64,000 nt of DNA from a bacterium (GTDB taxonomy: Bacteria > SZUA-182 > DTGQ01 > JAFGSM01): assembly GCA_049472335.1 (NCBI GenBank), contig JBLIRO010000013.1:1-64000 (forward strand). Reading direction: 5' to 3'. This document shows positions 1-10,706 of this stretch, one piece after another. Below the pieces are notes generated by a model. That model worked only from the letters and a program-made list of their open reading frames with translations, was not told the DNA's origin and made no database searches. How positions within the stretch are numbered: position 1 is the first letter of the stretch; the number at the start of each line of letters is the position of its first letter. A program made the translations under genes and the position numbers.

Positions 1-253
1 ATCAAAGAGGATTTGCGCTAAGGTATATTTTTAGGTTTAAGTTGTTTCCGAAACTTGGTATTTACTACATTTAACGAGTTTTATTGAATTAAGATTGTTA
101 GGATCTGTAAACTTATACTCATAGAGCTTAAAATAATTTTCTTTTTTCTCTATTCTTATTGATTGATGAGTATGGGGATAATATAATGTAGCTTTGTATC
201 AATATCATGGACCAACATCTTGTGATAAAAAACAAAGGAAATAGGAGGGTAAG

Positions 254-595
254 ATGAACCACGCCAGCGGAAGCCCATGCGTCGAAACATTGAATGAAAT
301 AGTCAGGCGAATAGTTGTGGCGGTTCAGCCTTTAAGGGTGGTGCTTTTCGGATCCGCAGCCATCGGACGAATGGGTCCCGATAGCGATCTGGATCTGCTG
401 GTCGTGATGCCTGACGGGGTGCACCGTCGTAAGACAGCCCAAAAGATCTATCGCAGCTTATCCGGTATTGGCGTGGCCAAGGATATTATAGTGGTGACAG
501 AAAGTGATATTCATAATCATGGGGATAATCCATCCCTGATTATTTATCCAGCATTGAGAGAAGGAAGGGAGCTTTATCATGCCGCAGCAAAATAG
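254..595 (+). CDS. Minimal nucleotidyltransferase (MNT), antitoxin of an MNT-HEPN pair
   Basis: 113 aa with LFGSAAIG...DSDLDL nucleotidyltransferase motif; GGAGG RBS; overlaps the downstream HEPN gene. Confidence 0.9.
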   Translation: MNHASGSPCVETLNEIVRRIVVAVQPLRVVLFGSAAIGRMGPDSDLDLLVVMPDGVHRRKTAQKIYRSLSGIGVAKDIIVVTESDIHNHGDNPSLIIYPALREGRELYHAAAK

Positions 596-989
596 ACCAA
601 TACCGGGATCGGTTTCAGACTGGCTGGCCCGTGCAAAAGGTGACTTGATTCTTGCTAAGGGGCCTCTTCAGGAGGGCGCCTTTCTGGAGGACCTATGCTT
701 CCATGCACAACAGGCTGTGGAAAAGGCAATAAAGGCATTTTACATCTATCATGGCCTTGTTTTCCGTTATACCCATGATCTGGATGAACTCCTTAATGGT
801 CTCAGAGAACACGGGATAAGTATTCCAGAAAAGGTAGAAGATTCTATTGACTTGACGACTTATGCCTGGGGAGCGCGTTATCCTGGAGTTGCTGAGCCAG
901 TAACTGATGAAGAATACCGTGAAGCTGTTCGGCTGGCCGAGGAGGTTGTCAATTGGGCTAAAAAAGAACTGGATTTAATAAAGGAGTGA
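579..989 (+). CDS. HEPN domain protein
   Basis: CFHAQQAVEKAIKA, THDL and ARYP motifs typical of HEPN; coupled to MNT. Confidence 0.9.
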   Translation: MPQQNRPIPGSVSDWLARAKGDLILAKGPLQEGAFLEDLCFHAQQAVEKAIKAFYIYHGLVFRYTHDLDELLNGLREHGISIPEKVEDSIDLTTYAWGARYPGVAEPVTDEEYREAVRLAEEVVNWAKKELDLIKE

Positions 990-1006
990 AAAACAGAGGA
1001 TATAAA

Positions 1007-1031
1007 GGCAAGTCAATTGTCCCCACTTGCC
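1007..1031. terminator. Hairpin between convergent genes, possible terminator
   Basis: GGCAAGT-N11-ACTTGCC inverted repeat between the HEPN stop and the 1039 stop. Confidence 0.35.
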
Positions 1032-1038
1032 CCCCACA

Positions 1039-1284
1039 TTAAAAAGTAAACTCCTTTCTATAATTTTTTTCTCTTTCTTCATAAATAACCTTTAATATTT
1101 CATCCCAATCCTTATTTTCTTTACAAATACCAAATACTTCCTCAACTCGTCCTTTTGTCTTTTTCTTCTTTAGTCCTTCTTTAAAATTATGAATAATATC
1201 AATAAATTCATCCAATTTAGATAAAGGTAACTCTTCAATTTCTTTGAGTAATATCTTTTTCTTATTTATAGAACTCATCATCAT
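1039..1284 (-). CDS. Small hypothetical protein, DUF2281-like putative antitoxin
   Basis: ~80 aa, ILLKEIEELP..KLDEFIDII pattern; AAGGA upstream; no cognate toxin visible. Confidence 0.5.
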   Translation of the reverse strand: MMMSSINKKKILLKEIEELPLSKLDEFIDIIHNFKEGLKKKKTKGRVEEVFGICKENKDWDEILKVIYEEREKNYRKEFTF

Positions 1285-1394
1285 TCCTTTTTAAAAAGTA
1301 AACTCTAAATTAAGTTTTAAATATCCTTTTCTAATTATAATATGTTAAACATTACATTTAAATGTCAAATATGGTTTGTTAAATTTGCTGTTTG

Positions 1395-1441
1395 GCCCTT
1401 TCACGGCGACGACGGGGGTTCGAATCCCCCCGGGGACGCCA
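1395..1441 (+). pseudogene. 3' fragment of tRNA-Glu(TTC), probable attachment-site remnant
   Basis: GCC-CTTTCAC-GGC anticodon arm, GGGGGTTCGAATCCCCC T-arm and GGGGACGCCA end are present; the 5' acceptor strand and D-arm are absent. Confidence 0.85.
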
Positions 1442-1584
1442 ATAAAAAATAGGTTGTGGGTGACACAACCAATACAAAAGTCCATTTGCGCCATTTTCCC
1501 TGTTGCACAGATTTTTTCTCAATAAATTCAATAAAACGAGTAGTGCAAAATGTGTAAGTATTGTAACCGGTTTTGTTTGCTTAT

Positions 1585-3618
1585 TTACTGGCATTCTCGT
1601 TCTACAATCACCTCATCTCCATCAATTCGAACTGAAAACGAATGCTCCAATCCCTTATTTTTATAAATCTGAACCTGTGTGGACTGATCGTTATCGCCTG
1701 AATAATTAAAACGTTTGACGTATTCATTCGTATTGGGAAGCAATTCATATTTAAAACTGATCTTCCCTCCTTTATAACTATATTTATAAGAGATCGGCTG
1801 ATCCCAGCCGTGAACGCTGACTAGCCTTCCTTTATTGTCATATTCAAAATAATAGGTGAAATTTTTAGCATCGGTGTACAAAATTACTCTCCCATAACTA
1901 TCTGTCGTTAGCCTGATTTTTTCTCTCATTTCTTGTGGCATTTTCTCAAGACTTTTTTCGTAGAGCAGTTGGCGCAACTCTACGTTGGGAATGGAAGTTG
2001 AGGCAAAAAAATGTCTCATACAAAGAACATCGCCATATTTAAATGGCACGTTATCGGGACTTTGCAGAATCGCTTTTACTAAATTTTCATAAGATCCGGC
2101 AGGTACTTTTTTAAATTTGAAGTTTTGTAAATCGACACCACCTATTAGTGTGCTGGTGATCTTTTCTGTAATTATATAATTCTTTTCTTTTCTCTCTTTT
2201 GTTAACGTGCGTGTACGCTTGATCAACGGTGTATATTCATAGTAACCAAGTTTTCGTATCTTTGCATCATAAAGATAATTGAGATCAATACTTATTTTAA
2301 GCTCTTGAATCCATTTAAAAAATGCGATAAGCTTTGCTATTTCCTGCAACTCACGGAATACCGGAAATTCATCCGCAAAGGCATCAAGATGGTCATTAAA
2401 ATGAGCCGCGAATCGCCCCTGAGGAGTTGTTGGATCGGGAGTAAAATCTGACAATAATTTCTTACCATCGAACTTCATATTTTCTGTCTTTACAGTCATA
2501 ATATTTTTGGGAAAGATGATTATCTCTTGATTAGCTGATGATGTAACTTTCAATTCTATAGGCATAAACCAGAATCGAATCCATTCCTGTTTTTGTTTAG
2601 TTATTTCCTCATCTGAAATTAAATCCTGCATAGGCTTAAAGCCAGCTACATTGGAAGCGAGAGGTTTATCTTCAAGGTTTTCATATCCTTGCCCCAGGCA
2701 TTTGAGCATACGATCGGATTCAAACAAAATTTCTCCGATATGGGTACCTTCAATATCGCCGCCAAAACGGACAATGCCTCGAGTCTCCAGATTGTCAGGA
2801 TCGGGATCAATGGTGACCATGGCCCCTTGATATTCAGTGTTTAATACAGAATATGCTGCAACCAGACAATCATCGGGCTGGAGTTTGGAAGGATTTTCAG
2901 TCTTTTCACCAAAAAAAACCATGTGCTTTTTTTGCTTATCATAAACCACTGCCCTCAGATTGCCAACTGTTCCCAAAAACTGTGACAAATCCCTTAACAA
3001 GCTGCTTCGAGTCTCACCCTTAGATTCAATGCCCAGGTCCTTCAAATCTACTTTATAAGGCTCCTCAATGATACGGATTGCTCTGTTTTTATGATCCAGT
3101 TGATAAAAGATGACCTCCATGTCTGGATAATATGCATGCCCGTTAAGTTCATAGACAGTTTCCACATATTTTTTAAATTGATTCCTATATTGACGTATCA
3201 CGTCGGCTTTGGTTTTGCCCGGTGCCAAAGGCTTAATGTCTCGTATAATTCCATCAAAATAGAAATCAGGGCGAACTCGGGCTTTGATATTCTTATCAAT
3301 ACCGGCACCGAGGGCAAGGTATCCCATATCCGCCCACATATCAAAGATGTAATTATGAACAAGAACTCCTTGCATGGCAGGTCGCATCTCCCAAAAATCC
3401 CTGCCATAAATTCCGCCGCCGGCTGAAGAAGTACAGTTGCCCATTACTAAACTGTAAGCGCCGGATAAGAGAGGAGAGGCAAAGAGAATGTAAAACAGGG
3501 CTAAGAAAACTAATAAAATGCCAATTAAATCTTTTTTGTTAAATTTGATAAATCGAAATCGATTTCCGATTCTAAATGAAACAAGTTTAAGTAGAATTTT
3601 TAAGTGTTCCATGTTCAA
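1585..3618 (-). CDS. Membrane-anchored hypothetical protein, DUF1598-like core with C-terminal YD-like repeats
   Basis: 677 aa; N-terminal hydrophobic helix; TIDP...ESDRMLK..GQG, RFWF and FRELQEIA motifs; DSYGRV and YDNKGRL repeats. Confidence 0.55.
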   Translation of the reverse strand: MNMEHLKILLKLVSFRIGNRFRFIKFNKKDLIGILLVFLALFYILFASPLLSGAYSLVMGNCTSSAGGGIYGRDFWEMRPAMQGVLVHNYIFDMWADMGYLALGAGIDKNIKARVRPDFYFDGIIRDIKPLAPGKTKADVIRQYRNQFKKYVETVYELNGHAYYPDMEVIFYQLDHKNRAIRIIEEPYKVDLKDLGIESKGETRSSLLRDLSQFLGTVGNLRAVVYDKQKKHMVFFGEKTENPSKLQPDDCLVAAYSVLNTEYQGAMVTIDPDPDNLETRGIVRFGGDIEGTHIGEILFESDRMLKCLGQGYENLEDKPLASNVAGFKPMQDLISDEEITKQKQEWIRFWFMPIELKVTSSANQEIIIFPKNIMTVKTENMKFDGKKLLSDFTPDPTTPQGRFAAHFNDHLDAFADEFPVFRELQEIAKLIAFFKWIQELKISIDLNYLYDAKIRKLGYYEYTPLIKRTRTLTKERKEKNYIITEKITSTLIGGVDLQNFKFKKVPAGSYENLVKAILQSPDNVPFKYGDVLCMRHFFASTSIPNVELRQLLYEKSLEKMPQEMREKIRLTTDSYGRVILYTDAKNFTYYFEYDNKGRLVSVHGWDQPISYKYSYKGGKISFKYELLPNTNEYVKRFNYSGDNDQSTQVQIYKNKGLEHSFSVRIDGDEVIVERECQ

Positions 3619-3895
3619 CCCTAATTTCTTAGAATCTCAATTATTGGATTCGGTTAAAATATAACAGCTTTTTTAAAGTTAGAGGAATATTAGCTGTTTA
3701 TACATATAATGTGATACAAATTTTTTACATTTTGTTCCCTTTTTTTTAAAAATTGATAATATCATTTCCTGCGAAGCTACACCTCAAACTGACAAATCTA
3801 CAAGCCAGCTTTACTTGGCGGAGTTCCGCTAGTTATTTTTAATAAGCAGAATTGCTAATTATTTCTATTAATCTGAATCAATATTATAGATTCAC

Positions 3896-6800
3896 TTATG
3901 ATATATATTTTTTAATTGTTTCTCTTACCTCTTCCGGATTAAAGAAGACCTTGATTAATTCTTCTGCGCTATATGAGTTGAGAGTCCCCTTTTCTGTATA
4001 ACACAGATAACGTATCCCTTCAGGACTTGCATTGAAGTATCCGTTAGGGAGCAAATCAAGCCAGGCTCCAGGCTCAAAGCAGTACCTATAAAGAAAAGGC
4101 TTCTTTTTTTCAAAATCCCAGAATTCCAGACGGCCGGCAGCTCCGGTAGTAACCGGATATTTCATGTTAGGGGCAAATTTAACTGATGAAACTGGCCCAA
4201 GATGATCGTAAAGCTCTATGTATTCACCTGTTTTGACGTCCCAAATCCGAACTGTCTGATCTGCACTGGCACCAGCTAACATCTTTCCGTCATGGGAAAA
4301 AGTCACTGACCATATTTCTCCTTTATGCCCTTCAAGCAATCGAATGGTTTTACCATTGGCAATATCCCAAATCCGGATTGTTTGATCAACACTCCCGCTT
4401 GCAAGTATTCTTTTATTAATAGGAGAGAAGCACAAAGACATCACGCTTCCCTTATGATTGTCTAAGATCTTAATGGTTTTGTTTTTATCCCATAGGTGTA
4501 TGGTTCGATCAGCACTTGCACTTGCAATTATATCCTCATATGGAGAGAAAGTTACTGCCCAGACCTTCCCTTGGTGCCCTTTATAGGTATGAAGTGCTGT
4601 TCCTGAATTTACGTCCCAAAGACAAACAGTCTTGTCATAGCTTCCTGTCGCCAATATTTTTCCATCAGGTGAGAAACACACTGAACATATCCAATTTTTA
4701 TAACCTGTAAGCGTATGGATAACCCTACCCGAATCTATATCCCATATTCGGGCAGTCTTATCAGAGCTTCCGCTTGCGAGGCTTTTACCATCAGGAGAGA
4801 AATTAACCGACCAAACATAATCCTTATGCTCTAGTGATACTTGATTATGATCTTCTGAGATTACATTCCAAAGGTGTACGGTTTTGTCATAGCTTCCTGT
4901 TGCAATCATCTTTCCGTCAGGGGGAAATTTGAGTGATCTTATCCATCCTTTATGCCCTTCAAAGGTCGATTTAACAGTAAGGGACTTTATATCCCCATAA
5001 GCGTATGGTTCTATCCTCGCTTCCGCTTGCTAAAGTTGTACCGTCATGAGAGAAGTTCACTGACCTTACCCAGTGTCTATGCCCTTCAAAGTTATGCAGG
5101 TTTTGACCTGAATCCACATCCCACAAACGTACGGTATTATCCGAACTGCCACTGGCCAGGATCTTCTCTTTTGTCGGGGAAAACTTAACAGACCGCACCC
5201 ATCCATCATGTTTATTTAATATGCGGATAGTTTTACCTGTGCTTATATCCCATAGTCGAATAGTATTATCAGCACTACCACTTGCCAGTGTCTTTCCATT
5301 AAAAGAAAAATTTACTTCTCTCACAGGTCCTTTATGCCCGGTAAGGCTTTTCAGAGGTTTTAGAGAGGGGACTGACCATAACATTATAGTGTTGTCCTCG
5401 CATGCGCTTGCCAGCATTTTACCGTCAGGAGAGAAATTCACCGACATTATCCAACCTGTGTGGCCTTCAAATACTTTTATTGTTTCTCCGGAATAAACAT
5501 CCCATAAACGTATTGTTTGATCTTCACTCCCACTGACAAGCATCTTGCCATCCCGGGAGAAATTTAAGGACCTTACGAAATCTCTATGTCCTTCAAGGGT
5601 TAAGATAAGCCTTCTATCGCTTAAACACCATAAAAAGACTACACCATCCCTACCGCACGCAGCGAGAAGTGTTCCCTCAGGGTTGAATTCCACACAATTC
5701 AGATCCTGTGAGTGACCACGTTGAACCACAGGCTTGAAGCTTTTTCTCATTCTTTTAAGCTCTTTAATTTCAATGGATGTGCGTGTAAGCTCAAGGATCA
5801 TTCCCTTGGCATCTGTCCAGTTAGCACCAATAAAGCAGGTTTTTTCATCGCTTGCTCCCCTTAAATCGACAAGTGAAAAATCAGATTCATCAAAGCTCGA
5901 TCTAATAAAGCGGACATTCCTGAAATCACAGTTAGAAAAATTGCTCTTCATACATCGGGACTCTTTAAAAATGGCCTTCTGGAAAATGCTCCCTTTGAAT
6001 GAGCCTCTGTTTAGATTTGCCATTGTCAGGTCTGCCCCTGAGAGATCTGCATTATGCAGGACAATGCCTTCAAGGATAATCTTCTGTAGTTTTGCATTTT
6101 GCAGGTTAGCGCCGTTTGGAATGAAATGTGCCATATCTTCCTTCAATTTATCACTATTAGTGATCTCCTTCTCCATATTGCATTTTATCCGTCTATTCCA
6201 ATAGAGTATATGCAATGCATTCTCTGAGATATTCGACACATATTCACCCATCAGGATCTTGCTAAGAGGTTTCCAGATTTGTTGATTTTGATCAAGAGAG
6301 GTTAAAAAGTAGATGGTTTTTCGATCGAACCGTCGTGTATTTAGGATTTGTCTTGCCATGTCAATATTGTTATATTGAAGGATGTCGAAGATTTTGCTTG
6401 CAAGGAAAAACTCCATAAATGATTGATGCATAAAGCTATAATAGTCATATTTATCACGGCTGATGAAAGTAGCGCTCCGCATTACTGCTGTAATTTCCTC
6501 TGCCGATTTATCGCCAATGATTATCGGCTTGTTATCCGTAACTTCTAGTTTTTCAACAAAGGATACAAGTTCGGTATTATGACAGGCATTCTTTTCTTCG
6601 TTCCACATTTTCCATGAGAGTTCCCACATCAATTTTTTCCATGAATCCCTATTGAGTATTTTGTATTTCCTTCCTTTTTCAACATGGTCAATCCATAGCT
6701 CTACATATACATTATAGAGATTCGCCACCGTTATGCTCCCATGCTTTTTGAGCTTATCCGGTGAATTTATTATCATATCGAGGAGCATTGGGCAATGTGC

Positions 6801-7701
6801 GAGATTTTCAAGATCAAAGACGTCCTTTATCATTTTCCAATCTTTATCAGCGGTGTCAGGCCTTGCCTTTTTCAGATAGGATCTAACCTGCTCCTCTGAA
6901 AAATTTTCCAGATATACAACCTCAGCCCTAGGCTGGCGTCGAAGCTCCCTGTAAAGCTCTGTTTCAATCTCTGAAGACAGAGATGAGTCATGATCAATAA
7001 CCTTAATCTGTTCTTCCCGATCCTTAAAATAGTGAGTCCGACATGTAATAACTATTTTCCCTTTACCTTCAGCAGCGTGTATAAGTTTTTTAAAGTTTCT
7101 CTGGGTCACTTCCCATTGAACATTGTCGGCCATTTCGTCAAATCCATCGAAGAAGATAAGAATTTCCCCATGATTAAACATATGATTATAGCAGGACATA
7201 TTTGGATAATCCAATTCCTTGCTGTAAAAATGATTTGTGATTATTTTTTCAAAACTACTCTCTTTCCCGACTTCTCTAAGAGGTATGAATAAAGGGGCAA
7301 TATGACGCTGTGGATCATCCATAAAACTTTTTGCTATTCTATATCCAAGAAATTTACATAAAGTGGTCATCCATCAGTATTGGGATCAAATACCTCTCAG
7401 AGGATCGAAAATCAACATTGGATTGAATAAATTTCTCCAAAAGGGACCACTCTTTATTCCCGGAGAAGTAATATCTGCTTAATATCACTATTATTTTACG
7501 TGATTTTGAAAGAGGATCATTTATTTTTGCATTTGAATTTTTGCCAGGTATTATTTTTATTTTTTTAAACCAGACCCGAATGCCTTCATGCTGCATTCGC
7601 TGCGCAAGCTTGTCAGAAAACCCTTCATCTTCGCTTGCATAGCTCAAGAAGACATCATACTCAAAATCCTTATCTTTAGTAGCTGGCATCCATTGCATCA
7701 A
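3896..7701 (-). pseudogene. Disrupted TIR-NACHT-pentapeptide-WD40 (STAND/NLR-like) gene in three ORFs: 7354-7701, 4971-7370, 3896-4909
   Basis: TIR YDVFLSYAS; NACHT Walker B FFDGFDEM, ITCR and FMHQSFMEFF; pentapeptide repeats; many GH...WD repeats; Walker A missing; +1 frameshift in the C4 run at 4993-4996. Confidence 0.85.
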
Positions 7702-8039
7702 AGCAGAAGATATTACTAATGTACAGGATTCATATAAAATTAAGTATAGACAAGCATGTTATATCCTTTCACTCTATCTTGAAGCAACTACCTATACTCC
7801 AGTATGGGCCTGGGATTGCAAATGGTGGCAGAAAAACTAAGAAACATGGGAGAGAAGGATGTATAAAATCCTTCTCTCCCATTCCATATCCAAGAATATA
7901 GCCAGCAAAGCTATACCTTAATTTATAAGAAATCTAATTTCTCTTTTGACATGGACGGAGATTATTCATAACATAAGGTGAATTTAATAATTAATTATTA
8001 ATTGGGAAACAGTATATTAAATTAAAGCATAGGCATAAT

Positions 8040-8068
8040 TTGACATTGATCAAAATACTGTGTAAAAT
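8040..8068 (+). promoter_or_regulatory. Putative sigma70 promoter of the ATPase gene
   Basis: TTGACA-N17-TAAAAT with TG before the -10; overlapped by an imperfect palindrome AAATTACTCAA..TTGAGATAATTT. Confidence 0.55.
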
Positions 8069-8100
8069 TACTCAAATTCTTGAGATAATTTTGTAAAATT

Positions 8101-9297
8101 ATGCAACTACCTGAATTTAAAAGATATATAACAAGTATAATTTACAGGCGCCTGCGTGAAGAAAGGCATTTCATACAGGTAATTATCGGCCCGAGACAGG
8201 TAGGAAAAACTACTGCAATATATCAGGTTCTTGAAGGTATAGAGATCCCTTATCATTATGCTGCGGCAGATCTTCCCGCTCCGCCACCCATGGAATGGAT
8301 TGCACAGCAATGGGATATTGCACGTCTGAAGCTGCAAAAACAGACTCGAGTGATCCTGGTCTTGGATGAGATTCAAAAGATATCGAATTGGTCAATAGAA
8401 ATAAAGCGGTTATGGGACGAGGATACACGAAAGGGGAATAATATTCAGGTTGTTATTTTAGGGTCGTCAGCACTTTTAATCCAAAAGGGATTAAGTGAAA
8501 GTCTTGCAGGCCGGTTTGAGATTATAAGATTGTCTCATTGGTCATGGAAGGAATGCCATGATTGCTTTAATTGGACACTGGATCAATATATTTATTTCGG
8601 CGGTTATCCGGGAGCGGCTTATCTAATAAATGATGAAGAAAGATGGGCCCGGTATATAAGGGATTCTTTGATTGAAACAGCCATATCAAAGGATATACTA
8701 CTTTTGAACCGGGTTGAGAAACCGGCCCTTCTGCGTCAGCTTTTTGTTTTGGCATGCGAGTATGGAGGCCAGATTGTCTCATATCAAAAATTACTTGGTC
8801 AGTTGACGGATGCAGGCAATACAACAACCCTAGCTCATTACCAAAAACTGATAGAATCCGCTTTTCTGATATCCGGACTGTCAAAATGGTCAGGTGGGGC
8901 GTTGCGCAGAAGAAGTTCAAGTCCCAAATGGATCCCTTTAAATACAGCACTTATGACGGCATTAGCCAATAAAGGTTTTCAAGAGTGGCGCAATAATCCT
9001 ATTATTTGGGGACGATTGGTCGAAGTGGCTGTCGGCGCATATATGGTGAATGAAGCAATCCGGTATGGACTTAAAGTCTATTATTGGAGGCAAGGTAATT
9101 ATGAGGTTGACTTTATTATTCTCAAGGGGGAAAAGATAGTGGCTGTGGAAGTGAAAAGCGGAAAAAATCGTATGAGCCTTCCGGGATTAAATTTGTTCCA
9201 AAAGAGCCATAAGACCCACATGGTCATTACCGTAGGCGCCACTGGTTGTGAAATTGGTGAATTTTTACAAACACCTATTATCGAATGGTTTAACTGA
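8101..9297 (+). CDS. AAA_14 / DUF4143 ATP-binding protein (COG1373-like)
   Basis: GPRQVGKTT Walker A, LDEIQ Walker B, ESLAGR, GGYP, C-terminal EVDF...EVKSG nuclease-like motif. Confidence 0.9.
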   Translation: MQLPEFKRYITSIIYRRLREERHFIQVIIGPRQVGKTTAIYQVLEGIEIPYHYAAADLPAPPPMEWIAQQWDIARLKLQKQTRVILVLDEIQKISNWSIEIKRLWDEDTRKGNNIQVVILGSSALLIQKGLSESLAGRFEIIRLSHWSWKECHDCFNWTLDQYIYFGGYPGAAYLINDEERWARYIRDSLIETAISKDILLLNRVEKPALLRQLFVLACEYGGQIVSYQKLLGQLTDAGNTTTLAHYQKLIESAFLISGLSKWSGGALRRRSSSPKWIPLNTALMTALANKGFQEWRNNPIIWGRLVEVAVGAYMVNEAIRYGLKVYYWRQGNYEVDFIILKGEKIVAVEVKSGKNRMSLPGLNLFQKSHKTHMVITVGATGCEIGEFLQTPIIEWFN

Positions 9298-9379
9298 AGT
9301 ATATAAATTATTTCAAATCACATCCTGAATCATATCTAAAATCATATTTGGAAATAAATGCTGCATATTCGGAAATAGA

Positions 9380-9409
9380 TTGACAAGGTTTATTGTTAAG
9401 GGATATACT
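9380..9409 (+). promoter_or_regulatory. Putative sigma70 promoter of the gua operon
   Basis: TTGACA-N18-TATACT upstream of the guaB-like gene. Confidence 0.45.
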
Positions 9410-9542
9410 TTTATTTTATATTTTATTTCTGATTAAAGAATGGTGTTTCAACCAATATTTCCTTGAAATGGTCTTGTTTCCAAAACAGAAAAATTTAAAT
9501 TGAATAGAGCGATTATAGGTCTTCGAAAGGGGGAGAAACGTC

Positions 9543-10703
9543 ATGGGCATGTGGGTAGGAAGGGGCCGGAAGGCCAGACGATGTTATGGATTTGATGATA
9601 TTGCCCTGGTTCCGGGAAGATTAACCATTAATCCAAACGAGGTGGATATCTCCTGGGAACTCAAGGGCAAGCAGTTCGATCTGCCATTTCTTGCCGCCGC
9701 GATGGATGGTGTGGTAGATACCAGGATGGCGATAGAGATGGGTCGTTTGGGAGGTATTGCTGTTTTAAATCTGGAGGGTATTCAAACGAGATATGAGGAC
9801 CCAAACAGTATATTGGATGAAATCGCATCCGCCAGCAAGGAAGAAGCGACTAAAATCATACAAAATATTTATACGCGTCCTATAAAAGAGGATTTAATCG
9901 CAAAAAGGATTCAGGAGATCAAGGCGGGCGACGCTCCGGCTGTTTTGTCCGCTATTCCTATGAGGGCCAATAAGTTTGCCCATATTGCACAGGAGGCCGG
10001 TGCTGATGTCTTTGTAATTCAGTCTACCGTCCTTACAGTGGAACATATAACGAATGAATATGAGGTTGTGGACTTAAAAAAACTTTGTAAGCAAATAAAG
10101 ATACCCGTTATTGCAGGAAATTGTGTGACATATGATGTGAGCCTGGATCTTATGGAGGAGGGTGTCGACGCCCTTCTTATAGGGGTCGGCCCCGGTGCGG
10201 CCTGTACTACCAGAGGTGTGCTCGGGATCGGCGTTCCACAGGTGACCGCCACTTGCGACGCGGCCGCTGCCAGGGATTTTTATTACAAAAAGAGGGGCAG
10301 ATATGTTCCCATTATCACGGACGGCGGGATGAGTGTAGGTGGTGATATCTGTAAGGCTATAGCATGCGGAGCGGATGCTGTAATGATCGGGTCCGCCTTT
10401 GCAAGGGCCAAAGAGGCCCCGGGAAGAGGTCACCACTGGGGAATGGCAACACCTCATGCCAATCTGCCGAGAGGGACAAGGATACATGTGGGAACTACCG
10501 GGACCCTTGAACAGATCTTATACGGGCCTGCTGTGCTTGATGACGGTTCTCAGAATCTGGTAGGGGCCTTGAGGACGGCCATGGGCAATTGCGGTGCAAG
10601 AGACATAAGGGAGATGCAGATGACCGAGCTCATCATAGCCCCTGCCATAAAGACTGAAGGCAAGGTGTTTCAAAAATTTCAGCACGTCGGGATGTGTAAA
10701 TAA
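9543..10703 (+). CDS. guaB: IMP dehydrogenase-related protein (GuaB3 family, no CBS domain)
   Basis: YGFDDIALVP, AAMDGVVD, catalytic loop GVGPGAACTTR, DGG; directly upstream of guaA. Confidence 0.88.
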   Translation: MGMWVGRGRKARRCYGFDDIALVPGRLTINPNEVDISWELKGKQFDLPFLAAAMDGVVDTRMAIEMGRLGGIAVLNLEGIQTRYEDPNSILDEIASASKEEATKIIQNIYTRPIKEDLIAKRIQEIKAGDAPAVLSAIPMRANKFAHIAQEAGADVFVIQSTVLTVEHITNEYEVVDLKKLCKQIKIPVIAGNCVTYDVSLDLMEEGVDALLIGVGPGAACTTRGVLGIGVPQVTATCDAAAARDFYYKKRGRYVPIITDGGMSVGGDICKAIACGADAVMIGSAFARAKEAPGRGHHWGMATPHANLPRGTRIHVGTTGTLEQILYGPAVLDDGSQNLVGALRTAMGNCGARDIREMQMTELIIAPAIKTEGKVFQKFQHVGMCK

Positions 10704-10706
10704 TCC

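Noticed and set aside
1379..1594. 71-aa minus-strand ORF containing WRPRGDSNPRRRRER
   Set aside because: This is the typical antisense translation of a tRNA T-arm, a shadow of the tRNA-Glu fragment
3765..3836. GCGGAGTTCCGC hairpin region as an integron attC site or ncRNA
   Set aside because: No convincing paired R and L boxes, single copy and no integrase in the window
9410..9542. Purine riboswitch ahead of guaB-guaA
   Set aside because: The conserved purine-aptamer core sequences and three-stem junction are not evident
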